Shown here: one piece after another, positions 1 to 9,709 of the stretch
Position numbering within the stretch: the first letter of the stretch is position 1
Layout of the letters: each line of letters begins with the position of its first letter
Sequence record: MW394391.1
Length of the DNA: 64,000 nucleotides
Strand: one strand, 5' to 3'
Origin: Klebsiella phage vB_KpM_FBKp24
The notes under the pieces: generated by a model
Seen by the model: the letters and a program-made list of their open reading frames with translations, nothing else
Told to the model about the DNA's origin: nothing
Databases searched by the model: none
Position numbers and translations under genes: made by a program

Positions 1-207
1 AGCGCAGTATTTTCAACGATGCTTCGTAGACGTCATGGTTCACCGTACGAACTAATACAACGGTGTTGTAAGTGTCACCAGGATTTTGAAGACGATCGCC
101 CAACGAGTTGGCGTCATTGTGGGAAAAGATCAGCTCGATGGTGCGGACGTCGTTTGATTCAATGTCTTTGTCGAGAAAGACCACGGAGTTCATTTTTGAA
201 AAACGCA
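1..207 (-). CDS. hypothetical protein, N-terminal fragment (gene continues beyond window start)
   Basis: Minus-strand ORF with ATG at 207 (alt ATG 192, MNSVVFLDKDIESNDVRTIELIF...) runs off the window edge; absent from ORF track because truncated; same orientation as neighbouring genes. Confidence 0.35.
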
Positions 208-269
208 TGATTAATCCTAATTAATTGAAAACGGAAACAAAGCGAGTACGACCTTTACCCGCCCCGTAT

Positions 270-593
270 TTAATTGGATTCGAAGGATGTCTCCGAAAGT
301 GCAATAATTTCTTCCAATCCATCAAGGATCACTCCGGCCGCAATAAGGGTTAGCTCTTCCCCAGATGGTGTTAGGTCACGAACAGAACCCCGCGCTGTTG
401 ATACAGAAATTAGCATCCTTCTCACTTTGGTATTCATTATAAACACTTCGGTTAACGGTAGGTTGTAGAACACCTCTGCGCGCTGAGACAACTGGTAAGC
501 AATTTCATTCTGGGAAATTTCCGTGTTCTTTACAGTGTCAAACCATGCCAGAATATCTTTAGCTGTTTCTACGGTTGTTTTTAAGTCAGCCAT
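270..593 (-). CDS. hypothetical protein (107 aa)
   Basis: ORF track; SD-like gaggaaaag upstream of ATG at 593; same strand as flanking genes. Confidence 0.5.
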   Translation of the reverse strand: MADLKTTVETAKDILAWFDTVKNTEISQNEIAYQLSQRAEVFYNLPLTEVFIMNTKVRRMLISVSTARGSVRDLTPSGEELTLIAAGVILDGLEEIIALSETSFESN

Positions 594-624
594 TTTCTTT
601 TCCTCTAAGTTTAGTTATTCAGAA

Positions 625-690
625 AGGTCTTTCCTTTCCTATTTCACTGTAGCAATATATACATCAAACAAACTGCATTTCGATTTTTAG
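625..690 (+). promoter_or_regulatory. conserved promoter/leader element, copy A (TATATAC box plus ctgcatttcgattttt leader)
   Basis: Near-identical to 22292-22350 and similar to 43726-43793 and 54504-54550; each copy sits directly upstream of a plus-strand gene start. Confidence 0.45.
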
Positions 691-694
691 AAGT

Positions 695-1972
695 TTGTAT
701 GTTAACTGCCCTTTGAAGGAAACTATTGTGGAAATCAAAAACCTTTTTGACGACCGTTTTAAGAATGTCGTCTATGATACTCGCTTTGCCAGAGAAATTG
801 CTGTTTTCACGAAGACCTTCGAGAACAAAGGTGACCATGCAAATTTCTTTGGTAGTGGATTACTCGGTACAGTACGTATCAGATGGACCAACACTGAGAC
901 CAACGGCTTTTTCGACGATATCTTAAAAATAGACCCAGATGATCTCAAAGCCGATATCGACGAACTTGATTGCATTGATCCGTCCCATATCGTCACCACT
1001 GACGCGTTTAACTTGATGATTGTCTATTGCGTGCATCGCGTGATGACAACCGGTAAGTTATCCGCACCGCAACGAAAAGAAGTCGCCATCAATTTATTGA
1101 GAATTCTTCATTTCAAATTTATTTGCGGTATCATTACGCGTTATTTCCCCCACGGCACAGATGTTCAAATCGCCCTACGAACGTACGAAGCCATGACTAA
1201 CCGTTTTGATCTTAAGATCTACAAGACCTGGGGGAAGTTAATTACTGCCCGTGCCCAGTCAATTCTTGAGCCTAACGGTATCCACGCGAAAACTATCCAG
1301 ACTTTCGCTGATGACGACGCAGTCAAGTACATGTTGTCCGATATCCAAACACGTATCCGTACGGTAATTAAGACGTTAACTGCGCTTTATTACCAAGTCA
1401 GGGAAACAGACGGCCGCGTCATTTCGGTTTCTAATATGGTCGAAGTAGAAGGGACAATGGAGATCCGCGATATCAAACGCGCGTTCCCGAAATATCGTCG
1501 CTATCTCTTTGAACAAATGGTTGACCCGGCAAGTTTTATTCGGTTAGAGTTAGTTGATATCCTAACGAAAAACGCCCCGTCGCAGAAAAAAGCTCTGATT
1601 GCCACGCTGCAATATGTCAGTCTTCACGTTATCAACCCGGAAGCGGTTTTCAGCGGGAAAGAACCTAAACAGAGTAAAGAAGCGAAGAAACTGATTGAGT
1701 TCACGGACAGGACGTTAGAGTATACGTTTGATTTTATTCATGGTAAGGGAATTAACCCACGGAACCTGGCGGAGCTGATCGGTAGTATTAAAGCCGTTCT
1801 CAACGCTTCACGAAACAAAGAACCTGAGGTCATGTACTTACGTACAGAGGGTGACAAAATTGTCAGGGCTGCCACTGGGAAACGCGAACCTACCCCTGTT
1901 TCCGCAGAGAGAACGTCTTTCATTTTATACCTCATTCTACGGACGTTGACGATGTCCTACTACCAAAGTTAA
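695..1972 (+). CDS. hypothetical protein (425 aa)
   Basis: ORF track gives a TTG start; alternative GTG at 728 preceded by AAGGA; lies between promoter-like repeat A and a strong terminator. Confidence 0.6.
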   Translation: MYVNCPLKETIVEIKNLFDDRFKNVVYDTRFAREIAVFTKTFENKGDHANFFGSGLLGTVRIRWTNTETNGFFDDILKIDPDDLKADIDELDCIDPSHIVTTDAFNLMIVYCVHRVMTTGKLSAPQRKEVAINLLRILHFKFICGIITRYFPHGTDVQIALRTYEAMTNRFDLKIYKTWGKLITARAQSILEPNGIHAKTIQTFADDDAVKYMLSDIQTRIRTVIKTLTALYYQVRETDGRVISVSNMVEVEGTMEIRDIKRAFPKYRRYLFEQMVDPASFIRLELVDILTKNAPSQKKALIATLQYVSLHVINPEAVFSGKEPKQSKEAKKLIEFTDRTLEYTFDFIHGKGINPRNLAELIGSIKAVLNASRNKEPEVMYLRTEGDKIVRAATGKREPTPVSAERTSFILYLILRTLTMSYYQS

Positions 1973-2010
1973 AACAAAAAAAAAAGAGAGGGCAAACGCC
2001 CTCTCTTTTG
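1973..2010. terminator. rho-independent terminator (A-run, agagagggc/gccctctct stem, T-run), bidirectional
   Basis: Perfect GC-rich hairpin flanked by A10 and T4; identical copy at 22933-22972. Confidence 0.7.
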
Positions 2011-2018
2011 TGCCTTAG

Positions 2019-3065
2019 TTAAAGGCCGATTTGTTTCGCTAAACGACAATAGCCGCGATAGAAGGCATCGATCAGAAGATTCTCCAACAGCGGAATACTG
2101 GGAATACTCTGACCAAAAACGTTATAGTTCCAGGTTACGTGTTTCCGGATAGCACAGGTATTTTCTGGCGTAGGGCCTTTGACCATATAAGCGATGTCCC
2201 CTACACTGGAGGTTAAAACCCAACGATCTTCGTCTTCGCGGTATTCTACATCAGTAATAAAACGGTCTGTTTTAAACTCCGCGTCGCTCAAAGGTCCGCC
2301 GATAATGTCCTCAATAGCGTGCCTCATGTATTTGTCAATCAACGGGATCTTTTGAATGTTCCCGTCGATATGGTACCCGAACCCCTTACCTAAAATGGTC
2401 CCAACGTAGAAACCTTCACAGCTGTCCTTGTCATTAGAGCGGTTGATCAACTTCAGTACCAGGTCAGATGTACTGTCGAAGAACAGCGCTACATTGGGGA
2501 GAAACTGATATTCCCCCCGGCGTTGACAGACAACCTTATGCGCCCATGCCAGCTCAAACTGAGAACGCATATACAAAATGAAATCAGCCCCGAGCTGTCG
2601 CTGCCACGTCCGGCCGTAAAAGTCCCCAACCCACGACGACTTATCGTCGGCCATAGTCCCTGAAGCAACAGGTCGACCGTTCATTAGCAGCGTACGTTGC
2701 ATGACATGAATTTTAAAGCGGCAGTTCAGCATAAAACGAACCCTGGCCTTTTCACCCATGTAATGTTGGAAGGCGTGTTGGATCGCAAGAAGGCTAAACG
2801 GTTTTTCATTTTCCTGAGTAAAATGGTAACGCACGGTGTCGCCATGTAGCGTAACAAACACGAGATGTTTCATCTCGAGCGTTGGGGTATTATCTAGCCG
2901 AATAAGAATATTTTCATTTTTATCGGTGAAGATATAACCGTGTTCATTTTTGTATGCGAAGACCGAATTGTTTTTATCAAGGGGCATTACCCCGTCGTAA
3001 TTAAAATTAGAATCGGTCTTTTTATCGTAAACGCTGGCGTAAACAAAAGTTTCAATAGTGGCCAT
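2019..3065 (-). CDS. hypothetical protein (348 aa)
   Basis: ORF track; immediately downstream of large terminase on same strand. Confidence 0.55.
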   Translation of the reverse strand: MATIETFVYASVYDKKTDSNFNYDGVMPLDKNNSVFAYKNEHGYIFTDKNENILIRLDNTPTLEMKHLVFVTLHGDTVRYHFTQENEKPFSLLAIQHAFQHYMGEKARVRFMLNCRFKIHVMQRTLLMNGRPVASGTMADDKSSWVGDFYGRTWQRQLGADFILYMRSQFELAWAHKVVCQRRGEYQFLPNVALFFDSTSDLVLKLINRSNDKDSCEGFYVGTILGKGFGYHIDGNIQKIPLIDKYMRHAIEDIIGGPLSDAEFKTDRFITDVEYREDEDRWVLTSSVGDIAYMVKGPTPENTCAIRKHVTWNYNVFGQSIPSIPLLENLLIDAFYRGYCRLAKQIGL

Positions 3066-3168
3066 GTTGATCCTCCTTAAGGGTTAGAGAATAAGAGGAA
3101 TGTCAGCAATAACGCCGACATTCCGTATCGATGTTCAATAGGGTGATATATACACCACTATCTTTTGA

Positions 3169-5343
3169 CTACCTATAGTAATTTGTACCCATGTATTTTT
3201 GGAACTCCGCGTGACGATTGGAGTTGATCTCTTCAATCTTCCCGGTGACGTTAATCGGCTCAGCACCTGCCTCTTCCAGACATTCGTTAAGGTAATTCAA
3301 ACGTCTTTCTAGCTTCATAGCACTGATAGGATTATCGGCAGTTTCCATTGCGGTTAAAAGTTTCTCGATCTCCCGATGGAGGAAATCAATCTCTTCTTGT
3401 TGCTCATCAATCTCATTCGCATTCCCCGCCAATACGTCCACCGCTCCGGTCAGTACCCGTCTTGAGTCTAAACCATAATAGTCTAAATTCGCCCCGTAAA
3501 TCAGTAAATAGACGGTCAGAAGATAAGCGATCACGGTGTCATCGTGACCACCTGGCGGATGGTCTATTTTACCGTTCTTTTCAATCAACCCGGTCAATTC
3601 TGCAATCAGGATTTTATCGTGTATCCGAGTAGCACCTTTCAACATTGCAATTTTCAGCACAGTTTCATAAAGCTGTCTGCGCGTGGTAGTGCCTGTACAG
3701 AAACCAAATTTGGTTTTCCGTCGAATGTAAAAGGCGTCGTCACGGCGATTCATGTCTCCTTGGATTTCCATGTAAGAAGCTGTATCTACTGACTTATTAT
3801 CAACGATCGAGTTGTAAATTCGTTTAAACGGGTCGATGCCTTTGCTGTGCAAAATCAAGCACAGGTAGTCGATGAACGTCTGTCCAGTAGATTTCCTTTC
3901 GGGGATAAAGACGGCTTTTGGATAAGAGATCAACAGATCACCTAAGAACTCAGCGTATTTAGGGATCAAAGCTTCATTGATCACTGAAACCCCGATAACG
4001 TCTGCGCTATACGGATCGAGGAAGACCAATGACAACGCATCTCGTCCCCCGCCCTCTGAGGTATCTGCCCCGATAATAAAGGTCATCGTTTTCCGGTGTT
4101 CGTCGATATATTCTTTCGGAACATACCAGTGAACGATGTAGCCGTTACGGAAAATCTCGGAGTAATCAGAATAGCGTTGGGAACCGATGGCTTTCGCCAA
4201 TAATTCTTTGTCGATCGGGTTGTTGGTCCCGGCTGCTGTCCAGATATTAAAGAAGTCTCGGTCTGCTTCTGGTCCACGTGCCATTGCGCGACGCATGTTT
4301 TCGTAGTGCTGCTCATCAGAAACACCAACCTGATTATGACTCCAGGTTCCGTTAATCAAAAGTTTAGCGTCTTTTGACTTAAGGTTGCGCTGCACCACCT
4401 CACGAAGATTAGCCTGCGAACCAGCATCGTAAAAATGGTCAGACCACCGGGCTGCTTCGTTCCACATTTTGAAGACGAAGCGTCCGTCGCGGCTGGTTTG
4501 GTCACCCGCAGTTGTGGTCATGATACTTCCCCACGGCATGTTTCTTGCTTTGGCTTTTTCGATCGCGGCGTTCATACCAGGCATCGCAGCTTTGAACGCA
4601 ATCTCGATATAGTTGATGAAGGGGGTTTCATCCCAGCCTACTGTTGGCGAGGTGTTACCGCGACCGACTTTGTTTGCACCGCCTGGGTCAGAGCGCGAAA
4701 CTGCTACTGCAAACAAATTACCACGAGTGTTGTAAGTGACCTTTTCGTTTGCGATCGTATCGGAGCGGTCAGTTACTGTTAAGTACGGCGGGAGATACTC
4801 ACGAATGCGTCGTATCATGGTGGTGGTTTCGGAACGGAGTTCGTCTGATTTAGTCACCAGTGAAATACGAGCTTTAGTGTACCGCATGTACAACAACCAC
4901 GAGTACAAGCAATAAGAGATAAGTGATTTACCGGTCTGACGGGGCTGTATCAGAAGATAATCGATGTGGTTCATGTACGACCAAATAAGCGACATATTCG
5001 CTCGGTTCGCACGTAACAGATCGCCTTCTTCACCGACGACAGGTGGGACGCGCAAACATTCTCTGAGGTAATACCAAATGTTATATTCGGCCTCTATCTT
5101 AATCGCTATCATCTGATCTTCAGTCAAATTTGGACTGAAAGGGTCAACACCAACCAGATCAGGGTTTAAAAGCGCAAGTGGCCAATGGTGATTTTTGATC
5201 CCCATTTTTTGCAATACCCCGACAAAACGGGTAAACTCTTTGTTTGGCGTATCCCAATCGGGTATAGCGCTGGGATGGTAGTCCCAGTCCTCAAGGTGGA
5301 GTATCGGCCGTGAATCATTTTCCATCGTATTGTGTATCGACAT
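3169..5343 (-). CDS. terL: terminase large subunit (T4 gp17-like ATPase + nuclease)
   Basis: Walker A-like QPRQTGKS (cf. T4 gp17 SRQLGKT); DE Walker B (GWDETPF); C-terminal RNaseH-like nuclease motif IIGADTSEGGGRDALSLV (cf. gp17 GVDISKGRGQDYS); 724 aa. Confidence 0.85.
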   Translation of the reverse strand: MSIHNTMENDSRPILHLEDWDYHPSAIPDWDTPNKEFTRFVGVLQKMGIKNHHWPLALLNPDLVGVDPFSPNLTEDQMIAIKIEAEYNIWYYLRECLRVPPVVGEEGDLLRANRANMSLIWSYMNHIDYLLIQPRQTGKSLISYCLYSWLLYMRYTKARISLVTKSDELRSETTTMIRRIREYLPPYLTVTDRSDTIANEKVTYNTRGNLFAVAVSRSDPGGANKVGRGNTSPTVGWDETPFINYIEIAFKAAMPGMNAAIEKAKARNMPWGSIMTTTAGDQTSRDGRFVFKMWNEAARWSDHFYDAGSQANLREVVQRNLKSKDAKLLINGTWSHNQVGVSDEQHYENMRRAMARGPEADRDFFNIWTAAGTNNPIDKELLAKAIGSQRYSDYSEIFRNGYIVHWYVPKEYIDEHRKTMTFIIGADTSEGGGRDALSLVFLDPYSADVIGVSVINEALIPKYAEFLGDLLISYPKAVFIPERKSTGQTFIDYLCLILHSKGIDPFKRIYNSIVDNKSVDTASYMEIQGDMNRRDDAFYIRRKTKFGFCTGTTTRRQLYETVLKIAMLKGATRIHDKILIAELTGLIEKNGKIDHPPGGHDDTVIAYLLTVYLLIYGANLDYYGLDSRRVLTGAVDVLAGNANEIDEQQEEIDFLHREIEKLLTAMETADNPISAMKLERRLNYLNECLEEAGAEPINVTGKIEEINSNRHAEFQKYMGTNYYR

Positions 5344-5431
5344 GAGGGACTCCCTCTACTGTAAATATTATCATAGAGAAAGTATAGGGCACAGAGAGGA
5401 GGGTTTCCCTCCTCTCTGTGTGCAAAACGAC

Positions 5432-7141
5432 TTATGATAAGGTATGACGAATAATCATCCCAGCAGTAGCCAGTTGTAGGTCTACGCCGTTCACCGTACG
5501 TACCCAGTGGAGCAATGCCAATTTCCCAACAGTACCGCCTGTCGCGATCGTGAACGTGGTATTCCACGCAGAAATCGGTTGACGGACACGAATGTTGTCT
5601 ACCTGGAGGATAAAGTGCGTAGGTACCAGCGGTTCGCTTTCGGTTTCGGTATCGTACAACGGATGTAGCCGGTAGTACAATCGATCAAGCCATTCGCTTT
5701 GCGTTTGTGCACCCATACTCATATCCGTCGACCAAACCTGAGACGAGATATACTTCAAACGGCACTCAAGTGATCCGCCGTAGTCCTCGTCACCTATTTC
5801 GAAGTTGACAAACCAAGGCGATTCGACACCGCTCTCACCGTCAGCCATTAACGTAATGTCGTTTTTCTGAACATGACGATAACTACTAAAAGAACTGGAC
5901 ACTTTTGAAATATCCAGTGCAAAGGCCATGTGTTGTTTGGTGTTATAGAGCGTCGGATCCCAGACCGCCGACCCAGGTGCCGCTTCGAGAAGATCCGTTA
6001 CTTCGTACATCGCTAAACGATCGAGGCTTTGCATGAAATGACGAAGTTTGTAACCGTTACCGTTACTCTGCCATTCTGGGAACATAAAGAGTTTCACCGA
6101 ATAAGCATTTGGGAGCGTCACTGATTCAATGGTATACGCTACGGGAATAGTGCCCGAGGCAGTGGCCGTACCCTGATAACTTTCGGTACTGTCCAGCTGA
6201 TAAAACAGTGTCAGTGGACTGGTCTGCCCAGATTGAGTCGGGATGAACTCGCTCAAACCGGAAAGATAGATTTTACTACCATCGACCGGTTTGATCACTG
6301 AACTACCGTCGGTATAAGTCACCCTTACGCTAACATCAATCGATGTCATCAACAGATTAACAGGTACGTTGAGACGGTTCGGGTCGGTGGCACTTAAATA
6401 ACTACTGACCAGTGCAACAGAATCGATAGATCGTTTTGCCGAGTTAGATTGACGAATAATTCCTGAATCTACCACGGTCATGGTAAAGCGACTCGTCGGG
6501 AGCCCTGCCGCATCGTAGAAGATAACAAGAACGATTTCGCCGTTCTCAATTTTTCTCGTCGCATTAGCCGTAACGGGAATGCGGTAGTTACCCGTCGTGT
6601 CACCCTCAATGGTCATCAACGGGATTTCGTCACTCTCCAGTTGACCAGATTGGTTGTAGTACGCGGACAACACTTCCAGGTTACCGGTAGTGGATGTGTT
6701 AGAGAACACACGAACCTTTGTCGCGGTCGGCTGATAGGCTCTCAATAAGCTGTCGAAAGCCATCTCTGGCGGAGAGACAGTGTTATCAACGTAAACAAAG
6801 AACCCAGGTTGCGGGTAACGACTCCCGACCCCTAAAAGAATATCGATGGAGTTATCGATAGTCGTAGGGACGTTGTACGCGATCCAGGTCGATAACAGTG
6901 TTGACGTATCCACTTCAGTAACGATATAAAACCCAGAATTTTTATCGAAGATACGATCCCCTACTTTAGGGACGAATCGTCCGATGTTCCCCGAACCTAT
7001 TCCGGCGGGACCGACATAAATTTCAGAGCGCGCCCACTCTTTGTACAACCCGTTCGGGTTCCAGATAGGTACATCAGCTGGCGTATCGTCCGTTAACACC
7101 AGCGCGTATTGTACTCCACTTGTAGTGGTCGATGTGGCCAT
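5432..7141 (-). CDS. hypothetical protein, possible virion structural protein (569 aa)
   Basis: ORF track; Thr/Ser/Val-rich, beta-type composition; 1-bp spacing from upstream 852-aa gene. Confidence 0.5.
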   Translation of the reverse strand: MATSTTTSGVQYALVLTDDTPADVPIWNPNGLYKEWARSEIYVGPAGIGSGNIGRFVPKVGDRIFDKNSGFYIVTEVDTSTLLSTWIAYNVPTTIDNSIDILLGVGSRYPQPGFFVYVDNTVSPPEMAFDSLLRAYQPTATKVRVFSNTSTTGNLEVLSAYYNQSGQLESDEIPLMTIEGDTTGNYRIPVTANATRKIENGEIVLVIFYDAAGLPTSRFTMTVVDSGIIRQSNSAKRSIDSVALVSSYLSATDPNRLNVPVNLLMTSIDVSVRVTYTDGSSVIKPVDGSKIYLSGLSEFIPTQSGQTSPLTLFYQLDSTESYQGTATASGTIPVAYTIESVTLPNAYSVKLFMFPEWQSNGNGYKLRHFMQSLDRLAMYEVTDLLEAAPGSAVWDPTLYNTKQHMAFALDISKVSSSFSSYRHVQKNDITLMADGESGVESPWFVNFEIGDEDYGGSLECRLKYISSQVWSTDMSMGAQTQSEWLDRLYYRLHPLYDTETESEPLVPTHFILQVDNIRVRQPISAWNTTFTIATGGTVGKLALLHWVRTVNGVDLQLATAGMIIRHTLS

Positions 7142-7142
7142 G

Positions 7143-9701
7143 TCACGATTCCTTTATAAAGAAATAATCGTTAAGAGCAAGACGATTATTGAGATAGTAA
7201 AGATTGATGTTCTGTAAGAACTGCCAACGTTTCGTCGTGATTCCGACAGCGGATGAAAACGGGTGCGCATCGATGAAGATATAATTTGTGTTCCAGGTAC
7301 TCCTGCACGGGTCGATGTCTAAATACGCAGTGTACTTAGCCATGATCTTATCCAGAGCGACCTTATCGTTAACACTTAGAGGCTCACTGATCGTCCCGTT
7401 TTCAAGATCAAAGAGTAAACGGGTAATGACAACAGAGAACATTCTGTATCGTTCATTGATCGGGTTCGGTCCCGTTAATTCTTTCTCCGGGAATTTCAAC
7501 GTCATGTAATCATTAACGCGCTTATCGGACTCCGTGCCCATTTCAATCAGTTCCGCGTTGGCATTACTGGAAATACCATAAAGCGGGACATAAACCATTT
7601 CTTCAGAATAAGCCAGTCCATTAGGGAGTAACGGAATTTGTTTTTCATCCGCATCTTCGATGAACGGGACCGTACTGGGGTCTACTAATTTCCCATCGAT
7701 GACAGTCCGAATAACTTTGTCGTCTCGTACATCAAAACGCCCGTTAACACTGACATAACCGTGGTCAACAAATCCAATGCTTTTCGGAGGAGAATGGGTG
7801 ACAGTGGGCGTTTCCCAACCTAAACCAGCAAACGTGAATTTTTGCATCGAGCCGAGCGATTCGTCGTAATAACGATTAGTGATCAAAGTACCCTGATTAC
7901 CAGAAAGAATAAAATCAAGTCCTTCAATCAACGGATGACCGTTCATCCAAACACGTAATTGACGTGGTCGAATAGGTAGTACAGTTCCTGCGGTTTTACT
8001 GTAGGTCAAGGTGAAACGATAAATACCGTCCGAGCTGTCCACTAACTGATCGTAAACCAACGCATCCTTACTAGTGAGAATTAATCCCATGTTTCGTGCT
8101 TTAACGTGAATCCAGGTCACAACGTTATTCAGGACAGTATAGTGCGTTCCTTCGACAGCAGGCACCCATTCACCGGTTAAGACACCATTGTTAATAGGGC
8201 AGGTGAAGAAGTAGTATTGATACTTATCGTCCAATGTGGCGTTATCATTGCTCGGTGACCAAGTAATGGCTTTCGTCCCCCAACCAATAATCCCTTCCAC
8301 CAACGCCGCCGCTTCATCTTTCACGAAATACCGCTCTGCATAACCGTGTTTATGCCACCCCAGTAAAAGGCCGTTCTCGTCGTACTCAAAAAGCGTTGAG
8401 CAAAGCGACAGACCAAAAGGAACGTCGACGTAACCGCCGTTAGAGGAGGGAGTAACTTTCGTCGGGTTTAATGCAAACAGCGTAGCCAACGCATTGTAAC
8501 CGTACGCATTGATTACGTCGGTCGCTGTGAAGCTCGCCCAGAAGTTTCTCATGATGGCGGTATAAAGTGAATTTTCAAGATTTTCAACACGCCATTCTGT
8601 CAGCGTGGAATCAATCCCGATCATCGCCCTTAAAATGTCGGTATCACTTAAGCGGTAAAGGGTTTCGATTCGGTTGACTTCGTGAATCAACGGACGATTG
8701 TAACCGGACTCCCTCAGGTGTAGACGAATATAACAGTTTTCATACGACGTCCAGCCGTCATTGATGTAAGCAGAGACGTAACCGGTGGGAATACTGTAAT
8801 CGGCATGTGTGACGTTCCGTAAGCTGTTTTCTTTATTACGGTGGTAATAACGTCCGCTCAATGCGCTGGCACTGTCGACTTTGTAAAGGTAAAGATCGAT
8901 GTCGTCAACGTAATAAATTTCGTTGTCGTGGGTATTTTTACTCGGGTGCAGTAAATATTTCTTCAGATTATCCAGTGTTGACGTATAATCGTATAACGAT
9001 GAGATTTTAAAATCAACCACATGACTAACCGCAGAGTCGTAGAACGCCTCGATAAGATCCCCAATGGCAATGTCCGTGGATTTGATCTCAGGTTTCCAAA
9101 CCCCATTGTGAAAGATGTTCACAACGCCCGTTAACGCCTGCAGCGGCCGCAGTGCTGTAATAAACGTCGCAATATCGCTTTGACGGACGATTTCTCGTCC
9201 GAGATAAGCAATCTTTTTCCCGATATTGTTACTGCGATCCGAACGGAAAAAAGCGTTGTTGTAAATACGAAGATAAACTTTTTCTTTCGCCAGTTCCCAG
9301 CGTGTAGAATAGTCTTTGATCGCGATAATTAAATTGTCGTCGTAGGTCCGAAGAACGTAACTCGAAAACAAAGGGAGTTTGATCCCCGTTTCCAAATAGA
9401 GGTCAACAACTAAATCGTTGACCTCAGCGTAAGGCCCTAACGCCATCCATACCCCGCGTTTATCGGGAAGTCCTGTACGCCATCTGCTGTTATTCCCGAT
9501 CTGATAAAGATGGTAGACGTCGGTTTCTGTGGGTAACGGGGTGTCAACCCAAAGAATGGAATGAGAGACCTTTACCCCGCTGTCTTTCGTGATTCGTGTT
9601 AAGTCCAGGATTACTTGCCGATCTTGAATAGGCGCGCACCAGAGATTTGTACGTGCATGATCGAGAAGGAAACTTTCAGTAACTGAATTCATTACACGCA
9701 C
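7143..9701 (-). CDS. hypothetical large protein (852 aa)
   Basis: ORF track; tightly packed operon with 9710-10648 and 5432-7141. Confidence 0.55.
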   Translation of the reverse strand: MRVMNSVTESFLLDHARTNLWCAPIQDRQVILDLTRITKDSGVKVSHSILWVDTPLPTETDVYHLYQIGNNSRWRTGLPDKRGVWMALGPYAEVNDLVVDLYLETGIKLPLFSSYVLRTYDDNLIIAIKDYSTRWELAKEKVYLRIYNNAFFRSDRSNNIGKKIAYLGREIVRQSDIATFITALRPLQALTGVVNIFHNGVWKPEIKSTDIAIGDLIEAFYDSAVSHVVDFKISSLYDYTSTLDNLKKYLLHPSKNTHDNEIYYVDDIDLYLYKVDSASALSGRYYHRNKENSLRNVTHADYSIPTGYVSAYINDGWTSYENCYIRLHLRESGYNRPLIHEVNRIETLYRLSDTDILRAMIGIDSTLTEWRVENLENSLYTAIMRNFWASFTATDVINAYGYNALATLFALNPTKVTPSSNGGYVDVPFGLSLCSTLFEYDENGLLLGWHKHGYAERYFVKDEAAALVEGIIGWGTKAITWSPSNDNATLDDKYQYYFFTCPINNGVLTGEWVPAVEGTHYTVLNNVVTWIHVKARNMGLILTSKDALVYDQLVDSSDGIYRFTLTYSKTAGTVLPIRPRQLRVWMNGHPLIEGLDFILSGNQGTLITNRYYDESLGSMQKFTFAGLGWETPTVTHSPPKSIGFVDHGYVSVNGRFDVRDDKVIRTVIDGKLVDPSTVPFIEDADEKQIPLLPNGLAYSEEMVYVPLYGISSNANAELIEMGTESDKRVNDYMTLKFPEKELTGPNPINERYRMFSVVITRLLFDLENGTISEPLSVNDKVALDKIMAKYTAYLDIDPCRSTWNTNYIFIDAHPFSSAVGITTKRWQFLQNINLYYLNNRLALNDYFFIKES

Positions 9702-9709
9702 CTTTTCGT

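Noticed and set aside
19-210. Plus-strand 63-aa ORF at the window start
   Set aside because: Cys/Arg-rich and unlike any neighbour. The opposite strand carries a better ORF with an ATG and an orientation consistent with neighbours (reported as partial CDS 1-207).
3348-4782. Plus-strand ORFs 3348-3632, 3544-3792 and 4435-4782 inside the terminase gene
   Set aside because: Antisense to a well-supported terL with conserved motifs. No start context.
5432-9701. Possibility that the adjacent 852-aa and 569-aa genes are rIIA/rIIB homologs
   Set aside because: The 852-aa protein lacks the GHKL ATPase N-box and G-loop motifs expected for rIIA. The composition looks more like structural or beta-rich proteins. 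Left as unknown.
7143-9701. YVDD tetrapeptide (IYYVDDIDLY) reminiscent of the reverse-transcriptase motif C
   Set aside because: No RT motifs A, B or QG elsewhere in the protein. Isolated tetrapeptide.
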